From positions 1,504,001 to 1,568,000 of the forward strand of contig OY762209.1 in assembly GCA_963665295.1 (NCBI GenBank): a stretch of 64,000 nucleotides of DNA, read 5' to 3'. A program made the position numbers and the translations under genes. Below, in pieces: positions 9,612 through 19,997 of the stretch. The stretch's first letter is position 1. Every line of letters begins with the position of its first letter. This stretch comes from Syntrophorhabdaceae bacterium (lineage in GTDB: Bacteria > Desulfobacterota > Syntrophorhabdia > Syntrophorhabdales > Syntrophorhabdaceae). The notes under the pieces were generated by a model, which worked only from the letters and a program-made list of their open reading frames with translations, was not told the origin of the DNA and made no database searches.

Positions 9612-10562
9612 ATGGCAGATACCAGAGCAAGCTTGACAGTAATCATACCTACATACAATCGCGCAGAGATCCTGGAAAAATGCCTTGAATCTCTTGCGAA
9701 GCAAACCCTCCCCCTCGATGCGTTCCAGGTCGTTGTCGCGGATGACGGCTCCCGGGATGACACGCGGAAGAGGGCGGAACGTTTTCTCAAAGATGTGTTT
9801 CCCAAAATGCGCTACCTGTGGCAGGAGAACAGCGGGCAAAACGCGGCGAGAAATCGCGCCATTCAGGAATCGGAGGGTGACATTCTCCTCTTCATCAATG
9901 ACGACACCATCGCCACGCCGACCCTGGTCGAACAGCACAAGGCCTTTCACGACCTGAACCCCGCGTCCCACCTCGCCATGTTGGGCAGGATCACTATCTC
10001 CCCGGAGATCCCTCCCACCGTCTTCGCGAAGCTCCACCTCGATGCCGCTTTCGCCCAATGGCACGAAAAAAAGGAACTCGACTGGCACGCTTTCTACACG
10101 TGCAATGTGTCGGTAAAGAAGGCCTTCCTCCTCGAATACGGTCTCTTCGATGAAAGCCTGAGGTACAATGATGACCTCGAGCTTGCCCTCCGTCTCTCGC
10201 GACACGGCTTTAAGATCTTCTACGACCCCGAAGCGCTGGGCTATCACTACCATTATCTTACCGAGAAATCCTACACGGACCTCGCCAAACTGAGCGGGAA
10301 GACGCTGGCCGTCTGGTATAAGAACGCACCTCACCTGGAACAGGAATTAGCCTCCATAGGCTTCTACCTGACGACCCCTTTTCTTGCAAGGGTCAAATAC
10401 TTCCTTGGGGACATGATAGTGAACGAGGCCACCATTCCCCTCATCCTCCGGTGCGCGCGCCGCTTCGCCGACACACATCAGGCGTTGGCTCTTACCCTTT
10501 ACCAGAAGGTTTACAGGGCCCTGGAGAGGAAGAACATAAGGGAAGAGATGAAGAGAACCTGA
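9612..10562 (+). CDS. Glycosyltransferase family 2
   Basis: VIIPTYNR, VVVADDGSRD, AARNRAI, LLFINDD, FDE....DDLELALRL. Confidence 0.9.
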   Translation: MADTRASLTVIIPTYNRAEILEKCLESLAKQTLPLDAFQVVVADDGSRDDTRKRAERFLKDVFPKMRYLWQENSGQNAARNRAIQESEGDILLFINDDTIATPTLVEQHKAFHDLNPASHLAMLGRITISPEIPPTVFAKLHLDAAFAQWHEKKELDWHAFYTCNVSVKKAFLLEYGLFDESLRYNDDLELALRLSRHGFKIFYDPEALGYHYHYLTEKSYTDLAKLSGKTLAVWYKNAPHLEQELASIGFYLTTPFLARVKYFLGDMIVNEATIPLILRCARRFADTHQALALTLYQKVYRALERKNIREEMKRT

Positions 10563-10645
10563 AAGGTGAAGCGCCCGTGACCTGCGTCGTCGGGTCCGCC
10601 CCAAGACGACAACCAACGGGGTGCCGCTGTCGGAGTCTGTTTCCT

Positions 10646-11809
10646 ATGGAAAAAAAGCCCAGGCTGACCATAATCTCCTCTTCTTCGGGTACCGCCTTCG
10701 GCGGCCTGGAGACCTATGTCATCAACGAGGCGAAGTACCTTTCCGACCGTTTTGCCGTAGCCCTGCTTGTGGGCAAAGGCCCCCTCACGGAAGACTTCAA
10801 GGACATGGTCAACCTGCAGGATTCCGTAACATATCGCACCCTCCCCTTCATCGGGCGGGCTTCTTCCCTGTCTTCGCTGCCGGAGAGGATCGGCATTCAA
10901 GGGAAGATACACTCATTCGACATTGAAGCCCTCAGCATACTGCCCGCTCTTGCCCGTATGAAAAGGGTGATGAACGAGTCGGACATAGTAGAAGTCCATT
11001 ATCCCACGGAGGGCCTGATCCTGCCTTTCATCGCAAAGGGGCCCAGAAAGGTGATGCACTTTCATGGACCGTGGCTGCCGCCCCTCTACAACCGTCTGAA
11101 GAAATGGATCAACAGGCGCGTGGATCTCCTTGTCACCTGTAGTGACTGGAGCAGATCGGAGATGGAGAGACTTTACGGCGTCAAGGGACTTGAAGTGGCG
11201 TACAACGGCGTAGACGAGGAAGTCTTCAAGCCCCGGGAAGTAACCACTTTTCGGACCGACCACCCATACGACAGGGAGTTGCCGAGAATAGGGACCGTGG
11301 GTCGCCTCGGTGAAGCGAAAGGAACGGACCTTCTCTGTGATGTGGCCGGGGAGCTTCAAGGGACCGCCGAATTCTTTGCCGTGGGTCCATGTGATGAGGC
11401 GTTCCTGAAAAAGATGGGCCAGGGCGGACAACCGGGAAATTTCCATTTCCTGGGGCCATATCCCAACAGTCATCTGCCGGGGTTCTACAATTTTATCGAC
11501 TGCTTCGTCCTGCCGTCCCAACTGGAGGCCTTCGGCATAACCGTTCTTGAAGCCATGGCGTCAGGCACGCCGGTCATCGCGTCCCGCACCGGCGGGATTC
11601 CGGAAATCGTTGATGACGGGGTTAACGGAATTCTTGTGCCCCCCGGGGACAAGGGAGCGCTCCGGAACGCGGTCCTGACCGTAGTGAAAGATAAAGCCAT
11701 GAGGGACAGGATGGCGAAAGCGGCGAGAGAAAAGGTGATGTCCCGGTTCACCCATCGAAAAACGTACGACCGCCTTGCCTGTCTCTATGAAGAATTACTC
11801 GGGTCCTGA
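10646..11809 (+). CDS. Glycosyltransferase family 4
   Basis: FGGLETY, YNGVD, VGRLGEAKG, LPSQLEAFGITVLEAMASGTPVIASRTGGIPE; ATG 10646 chosen to avoid overlap with the upstream GT2. Confidence 0.88.
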   Translation: MEKKPRLTIISSSSGTAFGGLETYVINEAKYLSDRFAVALLVGKGPLTEDFKDMVNLQDSVTYRTLPFIGRASSLSSLPERIGIQGKIHSFDIEALSILPALARMKRVMNESDIVEVHYPTEGLILPFIAKGPRKVMHFHGPWLPPLYNRLKKWINRRVDLLVTCSDWSRSEMERLYGVKGLEVAYNGVDEEVFKPREVTTFRTDHPYDRELPRIGTVGRLGEAKGTDLLCDVAGELQGTAEFFAVGPCDEAFLKKMGQGGQPGNFHFLGPYPNSHLPGFYNFIDCFVLPSQLEAFGITVLEAMASGTPVIASRTGGIPEIVDDGVNGILVPPGDKGALRNAVLTVVKDKAMRDRMAKAAREKVMSRFTHRKTYDRLACLYEELLGS

Positions 11810-11896
11810 GAAGCTCCTCACGGGGGGCTTCGGAAAGAAGACGGGTCCTGATCGGGGAAGATTAACAATTCACGAAAGTTGTGGTATAAGGTCACT

Positions 11897-12493
11897 ATGA
11901 ACCAGAAGAACATGGGGTCCATAAAAAGGGGTTCGCCCCTGCTTGCCCTGTTGAGGGTGATAGGGAAGAGGTGCGCGCCGGCGGTGGTCCTCGTGGCGGT
12001 CCTCGCCACTGCATCCTTCGGGGGCGACTGTTTTGTCGCGAAACCGAGCTTCGCGGTCCGGGAGCCCTATCTCATAGAGAAAGTCTGTTATCTTTACGCC
12101 CATGAGAAGCGGGCCTATAAACCGGGCGAACCGGAAGAATCGCAGTTCAGCCAGGTGATGGGCACGGTCGACCTTATCGGCGACCCCCTTCACCGTGATT
12201 TCCTCGAGATGTTGAGGGACGGCAAGTATCTCCCCTTAAGCAGGGGCACCCAGCTCTTCAGTTGCCAGTACGACCTCGAAACGATCAAGCGCGACCGCTC
12301 GGAAGCCCAACTGAAAGGTTATGCCATGCCGGAGTTCGCGTGCGGAGGAGTGATATTCGAGATGGTCCCCGTAAGGCTGAACAATATGAGCATCTGTTAT
12401 TGGGTTGCGGAAGCGGCGGTGAGATGTGACGAGCAAATAAAGTACAAGGTAACCCCCTTTGATCTTTTTGAAGATGAACTGAAACCGGAATAG
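11897..12493 (+). CDS. Hypothetical exported Cys-containing protein
   Basis: Same strand as the operon and fills the gap between GT4 and wzx; hydrophobic signal-like stretch PAVVLVAVLATASFG; start uncertain (11879/11897/11912). Confidence 0.55.
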   Translation: MNQKNMGSIKRGSPLLALLRVIGKRCAPAVVLVAVLATASFGGDCFVAKPSFAVREPYLIEKVCYLYAHEKRAYKPGEPEESQFSQVMGTVDLIGDPLHRDFLEMLRDGKYLPLSRGTQLFSCQYDLETIKRDRSEAQLKGYAMPEFACGGVIFEMVPVRLNNMSICYWVAEAAVRCDEQIKYKVTPFDLFEDELKPE

Positions 12494-12642
12494 TCTCACC
12501 AGGTTCTGCCCGTGCAGGGAGCCGGGGGATGGGAAAAGGTTGCTTCGTCCCGGCTGTTGCGCCCCGGGCAGGAGACCCCCGATTCCGGAAAAAAAAGCGC
12601 CTGTTCCGCCCTGAAGAAGAGACCACCCGCACCGTATCACAC

Positions 12643-14118
12643 ATGACCTTAAAACATAGAGCCATCCATGCGACGATCTGGAGCGTGATCGAACGGGTAG
12701 GGGCGGAAGCAGTCCGCCTGTCGGTAACCGTAATCCTCGCGAGGCTCCTCCTGCCTGAACAGTATGGGCTTGTCGCCATGTTGTTCGTGTTTCTGGCCCT
12801 CGTCAATGCGTTTATGGACAGCGGGCTCGGCTCGGCCCTCGTGCAGAAAGAGGGAGTGACATCAGCGGATTACTCCTCGGTCTTCTATTTCAATATGTCC
12901 GTGGGCCTGGCGGCATATATCCTGTTCTTTCTCCTGGCACCGCTCATCGCGGCCTTCTACAACGAGCCTAAACTCATCGATCTTACCCGGTTCATGAGCC
13001 TCAGCCTCATCGTGATCGCCGGGGGCATGGTCCAGGGGGTAATCCTGGAAAGGGAGATCAACTTCAAGGTGTTGACGAAGGTGTCTTTCCTTTCCCTGTC
13101 TGTTTCGGGAGTACTTGCGATCTACCTTGCAAGCAGGGGGGCGGGAGTCTGGAGCATCGCCATACAATCCGTGCTCTACTATTCGGTCCGGACGATGCTG
13201 CTGTGGCTCTATGTGGGCTGGCGTCCCGGCCGGGAGTTCAGTATGTCCGCCCTCAAGCCGCTCTACAGCTACGGTTATAAAATCCTCGGATACCGGATGA
13301 TCGAGAGCGCGTTTCAGAATGTGTACACCCTGCTCATCGGGAAATATTTCGGGGCGCGGGAACTCGGGTATTTTACCCAGGCGAGAAACATCCAGGAGTC
13401 AGTGACCACCAACCTGGTGAACATAGTCGAGCGGGTGACCTTTCCTGTCATGGCGAGGATACAGGATGATGACGCCCGTATGAAGTTCGCCTATAAAAGG
13501 GTGCTCCAGTTGCTCGCATTCCTTAACTTCCCCGTAATGTTAGGTATCATGGCCATCGCTCACCCCCTGGTCCGGGTCATGTTTGGAGACAAATGGCTCT
13601 CGTCGGTGCCCTATATCCAGCTTCTCTCGGCCGCCGGGGCCATCTATGCGATTCAGGCCATAAGCACTAACGTGCTGAAGGCGAAAGGCAGGTCGGACCT
13701 TGTCCTTAAGCTGGTGATCTTCAAGAAAGCCATTGCCTTGGGCATGATATTCGCAAGCTTTCCCTGGGGGGTGAAGGGGATATTGGCCGGCTTCGTGATT
13801 GCCTCCGGTTTGGGATTTCTCGTGGACGCCCATTGGTCGGGAGCGCTCATTGCATACCCGCTGAGAGAGCAGGTGCGCGACATACTGCCGCCTGCGGTGC
13901 TGTCTCTGGCAATGGCTTCGGCAACTTATCTCCTGGGCAGCGTCCTGGATGTATCCAGCATCCTCAAGCTCGTGATCCAGATCCCCTTTGCCGTGGGAAT
14001 CTATTTCCTGGGAGTGAAGATTTTTCGCCTCGAAGCCCTGTCGCTATTCTTCGAGGTGGTGAGAACCGGCGTATTCAAGAGGGAAGAGGGCAGCCATGTG
14101 TCCACGGAGCAGGGGTAG
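12643..14118 (+). CDS. wzx: Wzx flippase (polysaccharide biosynthesis protein)
   Basis: ILARLLLPEQYGLVAM, DSGLGSALVQ, SSVFYFN, LIGKYFGARELGYF; multi-TM. Confidence 0.9.
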   Translation: MTLKHRAIHATIWSVIERVGAEAVRLSVTVILARLLLPEQYGLVAMLFVFLALVNAFMDSGLGSALVQKEGVTSADYSSVFYFNMSVGLAAYILFFLLAPLIAAFYNEPKLIDLTRFMSLSLIVIAGGMVQGVILEREINFKVLTKVSFLSLSVSGVLAIYLASRGAGVWSIAIQSVLYYSVRTMLLWLYVGWRPGREFSMSALKPLYSYGYKILGYRMIESAFQNVYTLLIGKYFGARELGYFTQARNIQESVTTNLVNIVERVTFPVMARIQDDDARMKFAYKRVLQLLAFLNFPVMLGIMAIAHPLVRVMFGDKWLSSVPYIQLLSAAGAIYAIQAISTNVLKAKGRSDLVLKLVIFKKAIALGMIFASFPWGVKGILAGFVIASGLGFLVDAHWSGALIAYPLREQVRDILPPAVLSLAMASATYLLGSVLDVSSILKLVIQIPFAVGIYFLGVKIFRLEALSLFFEVVRTGVFKREEGSHVSTEQG

Positions 14119-14184
14119 AGCCTCCGTGGAAACCGTAATCGGAAGGATGGCCTTGTCCGGAGACAGATTGGGGGGCAAAGGGTT

Positions 14185-15519
14185 ATGACCGGGGTGGGGC
14201 AGGGATTGAAACAGACGCTCGCAGGCCTCTTCCTGAGGCTCTCGGAAACGGGGAGAGCGCCGTTTATCGTTTCCGTTATCATCCTGGGATATGGTCTCCT
14301 TTCCTGCGTAGTCCTGGGAGACACGATCCGTTTCTGGGATGAGCAAAACTATCTGCAAATCGCGGAATCCCTTGCGAGGCGTTACAGCTTTTCCGCATTC
14401 GACAACGGGCCCACCGCTTTTCGCCCCATAGGATACCCGCTCCTGCTCGCCTGCTGCCTCAAACTCGGCGGGTCGGTGGCGGCCCTCAGGTTTTTGAACT
14501 ACATTGCCCTGGCGGCATGCGCATACATTCTTTATTTCCTCATCCTGAAGAGGACAAAGGGCCGCTACGGCGCCACGATCGCCCCCTTCCTGATCCTTTG
14601 CTACCCGGTCCTGCTCTATACGGCGGGCACGTTATATCCGCAGACCATCGCCTCCGCCATATTTCTGTTTCTTATCTTCCGCCTTACCGATTCCAAACAG
14701 ACCCTGTCGTTCCTGAATGGCGCCCTCACGGGCTTCCTTGTGCTGGTGGTGCCTTCCTTCCTCAGTTTCGTGCCGGTCCTCGGGGCGCTTCCCCTGGTTT
14801 TCACGACCCGTTTTTCGTTCAGGAAGGCCGCAATCTTTTTCGTCGGCGCGGCGCTTATCATCGGGAGTTGGGCGGTAAGAAACTATGTGGTTTTCGACCG
14901 GTTCATTCTCCTTTCGACGAACATGGGTGTCAACCTCTTGCTGGGAAACTCGGGAAACGCTTCACCCAATCGCTCCGTGCTGGTGGACATAACCCCGCAC
15001 GTGAGAGAGGTCGAGAGACTCCGGCTGGACGAAGTGGAGGCGGACCGCTATTATCGGTCCAGGGCCCTGGAATGGATGCGCGCAAACCCGGCGAAGGCTT
15101 TGACCCTCTATTTCGCCAAGGTGCTCAATTATTTCAATTTCTACAACGAACTCGCCACCGAAAACGAACGGGCCATCTGGAAGAACGTGATTATGTTCGT
15201 TACCTATTATCCCCTTCTCCTGTTGATGGTTATCCGCATGTTTCTCCGGCGCCGGGTTCCCGTAAGCAGGATAGAGGTTGTTTTCGTGGCCCTTTACATC
15301 TATAGTGCATTTCTCGCCGCCGTTTTCTTTCCGAGGATCAGGTTCCGCCTTCCCTTCGATTTTCTGGTGATCGGCGTTGCGTCGGCCTTTCTCAATGATT
15401 TTCTGAAAGCGCGCATGCTATCGGGGGATAGCCGGCCCCCCTGTTGCGGTCAAGGGATTAAGGATAGTACGGACCTTGAGGTGGAAGAAGGTCGGAAAGG
15501 GACCCGCGCCACGCCATGA
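14185..15519 (+). CDS. GT-C fold membrane glycosyltransferase (ArnT/PMT-like)
   Basis: WDEQNY acidic motif after TM1, TAFRPIGYPLLL, W.VRNY, STNMGVNLLLGN, RFRLP; many TMs. Confidence 0.75.
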   Translation: MTGVGQGLKQTLAGLFLRLSETGRAPFIVSVIILGYGLLSCVVLGDTIRFWDEQNYLQIAESLARRYSFSAFDNGPTAFRPIGYPLLLACCLKLGGSVAALRFLNYIALAACAYILYFLILKRTKGRYGATIAPFLILCYPVLLYTAGTLYPQTIASAIFLFLIFRLTDSKQTLSFLNGALTGFLVLVVPSFLSFVPVLGALPLVFTTRFSFRKAAIFFVGAALIIGSWAVRNYVVFDRFILLSTNMGVNLLLGNSGNASPNRSVLVDITPHVREVERLRLDEVEADRYYRSRALEWMRANPAKALTLYFAKVLNYFNFYNELATENERAIWKNVIMFVTYYPLLLLMVIRMFLRRRVPVSRIEVVFVALYIYSAFLAAVFFPRIRFRLPFDFLVIGVASAFLNDFLKARMLSGDSRPPCCGQGIKDSTDLEVEEGRKGTRATP

Positions 15520-15580
15520 AGAAGGATTTCTCGCGCTTTGCAGGCGATAGTTCGATTACCGGAAAGGAAGGAGTGTAAAA

Positions 15581-16540
15581 ATGGTTTCCCACAATCCAAA
15601 GTCGTTCCCTGCCGTGGACTCCCAGTCCCGACCCATCGTATGCCCTCTTTGTCACGATGACATGATCCGGGAATCCGGGGCGTACAGGTGTGAAGGGTGC
15701 GGGAGGATGTATCCTGAAAGCAGATTCGGTTTCTACGGCTTTCCCGCCGAAGTGAATGACCTTGCCAAGGGTCAGGACCCCGAGTATGTGGAAAGCCAGA
15801 AAGGCCATTCAGCGAGGGTGTACCGCGAGTTTATCCGACCGATTATCCGGCGGGAAAGGACGGAAACTTTTCTGGATGTCGGCTGCGGGCTGGGAGTTCA
15901 GGTAAATCTGGCCGCCGAGGACGGGCACGACGCATACGGGACGGATTTGCCGAACATGGAGCCTTACTGGCATGGAAACGGCAACGACCCTTCCCATTTC
16001 TTCAGCGGTTCGGCGACCAACCTGCCCTTTCGCTCGAACCACTTCGATTTTGTAATCTCCACCGGTGTGGTGGAGCACATAGGGACCACAGAGGATACGG
16101 CGTCCCTCATTTCCACCTACAAGGAAGCCAGACGGAAATATGCGGAGGAAATAATAAGGGTAACGAAGCCGGGCGGGAGAATACTCATTTCCTGTCCGAA
16201 CAAATCATTTCCCATAGATGTTCAGCACGGACCTGCGTGCGGGAAATACCTGAAAGATCTGAGACTCTTCATATTTGACAGGACCAAGATGAATATCCAC
16301 AAAACCTGGGGAAGATATCACCTGCTCTCCTATTCGGAAATGGAGGATCTCTTTTGCCGCCGGGGCAAGGCGAGCAGTCTTGAAGTCCTTCCGCTTACGG
16401 GCTTTTTCGGATTCAAGAAGTTCCAGTCGGGATTCCTGAGGCCTGTTGACAAACTGGTGAGGTTCTACGTCGATAACCTGCCTGCCGTAATCCGGGGCTC
16501 TTGTCTCAACCCGTACACCCTGGTGCTTATAAGAAAATAA
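15581..16540 (+). CDS. Class I SAM-dependent methyltransferase with N-terminal CxxC...CxxC zinc ribbon
   Basis: CPLC...CEGC; FLDVGCGLG; LPF....FDFVIS.GVVEH; RVTKPGG. Confidence 0.85.
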   Translation: MVSHNPKSFPAVDSQSRPIVCPLCHDDMIRESGAYRCEGCGRMYPESRFGFYGFPAEVNDLAKGQDPEYVESQKGHSARVYREFIRPIIRRERTETFLDVGCGLGVQVNLAAEDGHDAYGTDLPNMEPYWHGNGNDPSHFFSGSATNLPFRSNHFDFVISTGVVEHIGTTEDTASLISTYKEARRKYAEEIIRVTKPGGRILISCPNKSFPIDVQHGPACGKYLKDLRLFIFDRTKMNIHKTWGRYHLLSYSEMEDLFCRRGKASSLEVLPLTGFFGFKKFQSGFLRPVDKLVRFYVDNLPAVIRGSCLNPYTLVLIRK

Positions 16541-16601
16541 ACCTCTGTAGCCGCTTCGCGGGCTTCCTCACGTTCTTTAAGGACGAAGGCGGGATGCTCC
16601 A

Positions 16602-18263
16602 ATGTCCCGGTATGCCAAGGCCCTGATGATGAAGACGATGAAAAACTGCGGTCCTTCACAACACGACGTCGCCGGCAGGCTGAGTTACCATTATATGCTG
16701 CTCCTCGGGCTCACGATCTGCGCGGGAGCAGCGTGGTGGCTCTATTTCAGGTTATACACGGATATCATGCTGGAAGACGCGCTGATTACCTACAGGTATG
16801 CCTCCAATATTGCCATGGGCAAAGGGTTCGTGTATAACCAGGGGGAAAGGGTACTGGGCAGCACAACACCCCTCTTGACGCTCCTCCTTGCCCTTTTGGG
16901 GAAGGTGTTCGGTGTCGTCAACATACCGACCATATCTTTCATATTGCTATCGTCGCTGGGAATCCTGACCGGCCCCCTCAATTACCTGATTCTCCGGCAA
17001 CTCGATGTCTCCCGGTTCACTGCCATTGTGGGCGTCATACTGTTTTACGGCAACCGCGACATCATGATCACCGCCGTGGGTGGAATGGAAACACCTCTGG
17101 TCCTCTTTCTTATGGCCTTGAGTTACTATTTCCTCATGGGCAGGCGCTATACCCCCGGCCTTGTGGCCTGCGCCGCGCTGATCCTCACCCGTATCGACGG
17201 AGTTATCTGGGCTGCACTGGTTTTTGCGGTAATGTGCCTTCGGGAGAAGAGAGTGATGATAAAACCCGTCATCCTACCGGCAATTATACTGGCCCCTTGG
17301 TTTATCTTCTCCTGGGCCTATTTCGGCGCCCTTCTGCCGAACACCATCGAAGCGAAGCGGGTCATAGGGAATACGGTAGGAGGGATCTTCTCATACCACA
17401 CGGCATGCGCTTTCGGAGAGTGGTACGGTTGGACCCTGTTGCTCTATTTCGGTAAGAAGCTGGTCCTGTGCACCATTCTGCCCATTGCCGCGGGGTGCCG
17501 GCGGCTTGTGTCCGGCTGGAGAGCGCTCCCCTTCGGACTCATCCCGGTACTCTTTCCCCTTGCGTACGGGGCCTTCCTTTACCTGGGCAAGGCACCCTAT
17601 TTCCCGTGGTACCTGCTGCCCGCCATATGGTGCAGCCTTCTTCTGATCTCCATGGGCTTCGAGGAAATCATCCGCTTTTGCGTGAAAGTGTTCCCCCGCC
17701 CCTATTCGGCCCCTTTATTCAGGGGGGTCCTCCTTGCCTTTGTCGTCTTCGTCCTGTTCTTTGTGCACAACAAGGGCATCCTCGACCATTCCTACAAATA
17801 TCAGAGCAACGAGTACAGCACCCGGAAGACCATAGGCCTGTGGCTTCGCGATAACACGCCCCCCGGGAGCGCCGTTGCCATGGAGGCCATAGGCTACCAG
17901 GGGTATTACAGCAACAGGAGGATCGTGGACTTCGCCGGGCTGGTAAGCCCCCGTGTCGTGGATATCCGCAAAAGGAGCCGGTCGAACGCGGAAGCTTTCT
18001 ACGGGATACTTCGCACCCTCGAACCCGATTACCTCGTGCTCAGGTCTTTCGAGGTCGACCGGAACATGCACTTTCACGGAGGACCCCTGTTTGAAAACAG
18101 GGAACAACGCGCCTTCTTTATGGACCATTACGGTGAGATCAAAAGGTTTATCGCTCCTTACCCCGAAGTGTGGGGGGAATATGCCGGTCTCGTAATCTAC
18201 AAGAAGAAGACGGGCTCCCGCCCGGAGGCGTCCGGGTCTGTTGAGGGCCGGACAGGGCGATGA
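16602..18263 (+). CDS. GT-C fold membrane glycosyltransferase, AftB-like (candidate pentofuranosyltransferase)
   Basis: EDALITYRYASNIAMGKGFVYNQGERVLGSTTPL, GMETPL, LTRIDG, PNTIEAK, IVDFAGLV; overlaps the HAD gene (ATGA); start may be a few codons later. Confidence 0.7.
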   Translation: MSRYAKALMMKTMKNCGPSQHDVAGRLSYHYMLLLGLTICAGAAWWLYFRLYTDIMLEDALITYRYASNIAMGKGFVYNQGERVLGSTTPLLTLLLALLGKVFGVVNIPTISFILLSSLGILTGPLNYLILRQLDVSRFTAIVGVILFYGNRDIMITAVGGMETPLVLFLMALSYYFLMGRRYTPGLVACAALILTRIDGVIWAALVFAVMCLREKRVMIKPVILPAIILAPWFIFSWAYFGALLPNTIEAKRVIGNTVGGIFSYHTACAFGEWYGWTLLLYFGKKLVLCTILPIAAGCRRLVSGWRALPFGLIPVLFPLAYGAFLYLGKAPYFPWYLLPAIWCSLLLISMGFEEIIRFCVKVFPRPYSAPLFRGVLLAFVVFVLFFVHNKGILDHSYKYQSNEYSTRKTIGLWLRDNTPPGSAVAMEAIGYQGYYSNRRIVDFAGLVSPRVVDIRKRSRSNAEAFYGILRTLEPDYLVLRSFEVDRNMHFHGGPLFENREQRAFFMDHYGEIKRFIAPYPEVWGEYAGLVIYKKKTGSRPEASGSVEGRTGR

Positions 18264-18808
18264 GACCGGCGGCGACGGACATACCCTTGTGCGTGGACCT
18301 CGACGGCACCCTTGTCCGGACCGATATGCTGCGGGAAACGATGTGGTCCATGGTCAATGGCAACCCGCTCCTGGCCTTCGTCGCACCCTTCTGGTTGTTG
18401 GGCGGCAGGGCATGTCTGAAGCAGCAGGTAGCGCGCAGGGCAAAGGTCGATATGACGCGCATCCCTTTCCACGAGGATCTGTTGGCATATCTGCGGGACC
18501 AGCGCAACCGGGGGCGAAGGCTGGTGCTTGCCACCGCGTCGGACTCCCTGGTGGCGGCGCGGATAGCCGAACATACGGGGTTCTTCTCGGACGTCCTTTC
18601 CAGCGACGGCAGTGTGAACCTTAAAGGGAAGGAGAAGCTCCAGGTCCTCCTCGAAAAGTACGGGGACCGCAAGTTCGATTACGCGGGCAATTCACAGGCC
18701 GACATCCCCCTGTGGCAGCACTGCAACCGGGCCATCCTGGTGAATGTGAGCGACCGGCTTCTGGAGACGGTCCGCGCCATGGCAGTGATCGACAGGGTAT
18801 TCAAATGA
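18260..18808 (+). CDS. HAD-family phosphatase (candidate polyprenyl-phosphoryl-5-phosphoribose phosphatase)
   Basis: Motif I VDLDGTLVRTD, motif II LATAS, motif III NLKG..K, motif IV FDYAGNSQAD. Confidence 0.85.
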   Translation: MRPAATDIPLCVDLDGTLVRTDMLRETMWSMVNGNPLLAFVAPFWLLGGRACLKQQVARRAKVDMTRIPFHEDLLAYLRDQRNRGRRLVLATASDSLVAARIAEHTGFFSDVLSSDGSVNLKGKEKLQVLLEKYGDRKFDYAGNSQADIPLWQHCNRAILVNVSDRLLETVRAMAVIDRVFK

Positions 18809-18852
18809 AGGGAAGTATCATATAATATAGTGGCTTTTCTCGGCCGGGAGGT

Positions 18853-19950
18853 ATGGCAGTGGCAAAATCTATTGTGTCGGTGATAAAAACGCGTCCCCAG
18901 AGCGTGCTTGAGGACATAGAAGGCCTCATGATCAGGGGGGGCGTGAAGGATGCATTGCAGAAGGACAGGGTAACCATCCTGAAGGACAACATTTCATGGC
19001 ATTTCCCTTACCTGAGCGCGAACACCACCCCCTGGCAACTCGAGGGCGCGATCAAAACCCTTGAGAAATGCGGCTTCGGGAAGATTACGACGGTCCACAA
19101 CAATACGGTGGTTACCGACCCGTTCAGAGGTGGAAACCTGAACAGGCTCACTCCCCTGTATAAGAAGTACGGCATAGAGGAAAGGTATAATTTCAAACCT
19201 GAAGATACGGACTGGATCGTGTACCGGCCCAAGGCGAAGATGCGGGTCCTCGACAAGATATATCCGGAAGGCATCAGGATACCGGAATATTTTGTGGGAA
19301 AGAATATCATCCACCTTCCCACGGTAAAGACCCACATCTATACCACCACCACGGGGGCGATGAAGAATGCTTTCGGCGGACTGTTGAATACGAAGAGGCA
19401 TTATACCCACAGTTGGATTCACGAGACCCTCGTGGACCTGCTGGCCATTCAAAAAGAGGTGCACTCCGGCATATTCGCCCTTATGGACGGGACGATATGC
19501 GGGAACGGCCCCGGTCCGAGGACGATGATCCCGGTAGTGAAGAATTACATGCTCGCCGGTTCGGACTGCGTTGCCATCGATGCGGTGGCGGCGAAAATGA
19601 TGGGTTTCGACCCCATGGAAATCCCCTATATCAGGATGGCCCACGAAGCGGGCCTCGGCACAGGGAAGGTCGAGGAGATCGACGTGGTGGGTGAACCGAT
19701 CGAGCACATAAATTTCAGGTTCACCGTGGGAGACAACATGGCGAGCAAGGTGGGGGACCTTATCTGGTTCAGCCCTTTCAAATCGCTTCAGAAGCTCTTT
19801 GTACGCACCCCCCTCGTCTACTTTTTCGTTTTCGGCTCATTCTTCTACCATGATTACCTGTGGTGGCCCCTTAAAGGCAAGGGCCTCCAGAAAACGGTGC
19901 GCCGGTCGGAATGGGGAAAGCTGTTCGAAAGTTATCCTGAAGGAAAGTGA
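18853..19950 (+). CDS. DUF362 domain-containing protein
   Basis: SANTTPWQLEG, HLPTVKTH..TTTTGAMKNAFGGL, G.GP, D.VAIDAVAAKMMGFDP.EIPYI..A.EAGLG; RBS GGAGG. Confidence 0.8.
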   Translation: MAVAKSIVSVIKTRPQSVLEDIEGLMIRGGVKDALQKDRVTILKDNISWHFPYLSANTTPWQLEGAIKTLEKCGFGKITTVHNNTVVTDPFRGGNLNRLTPLYKKYGIEERYNFKPEDTDWIVYRPKAKMRVLDKIYPEGIRIPEYFVGKNIIHLPTVKTHIYTTTTGAMKNAFGGLLNTKRHYTHSWIHETLVDLLAIQKEVHSGIFALMDGTICGNGPGPRTMIPVVKNYMLAGSDCVAIDAVAAKMMGFDPMEIPYIRMAHEAGLGTGKVEEIDVVGEPIEHINFRFTVGDNMASKVGDLIWFSPFKSLQKLFVRTPLVYFFVFGSFFYHDYLWWPLKGKGLQKTVRRSEWGKLFESYPEGK

Positions 19951-19997
19951 CAATTGAAGATGAATCCGGCTGAACGGTTATCCGGCAAAGGGGGCTG

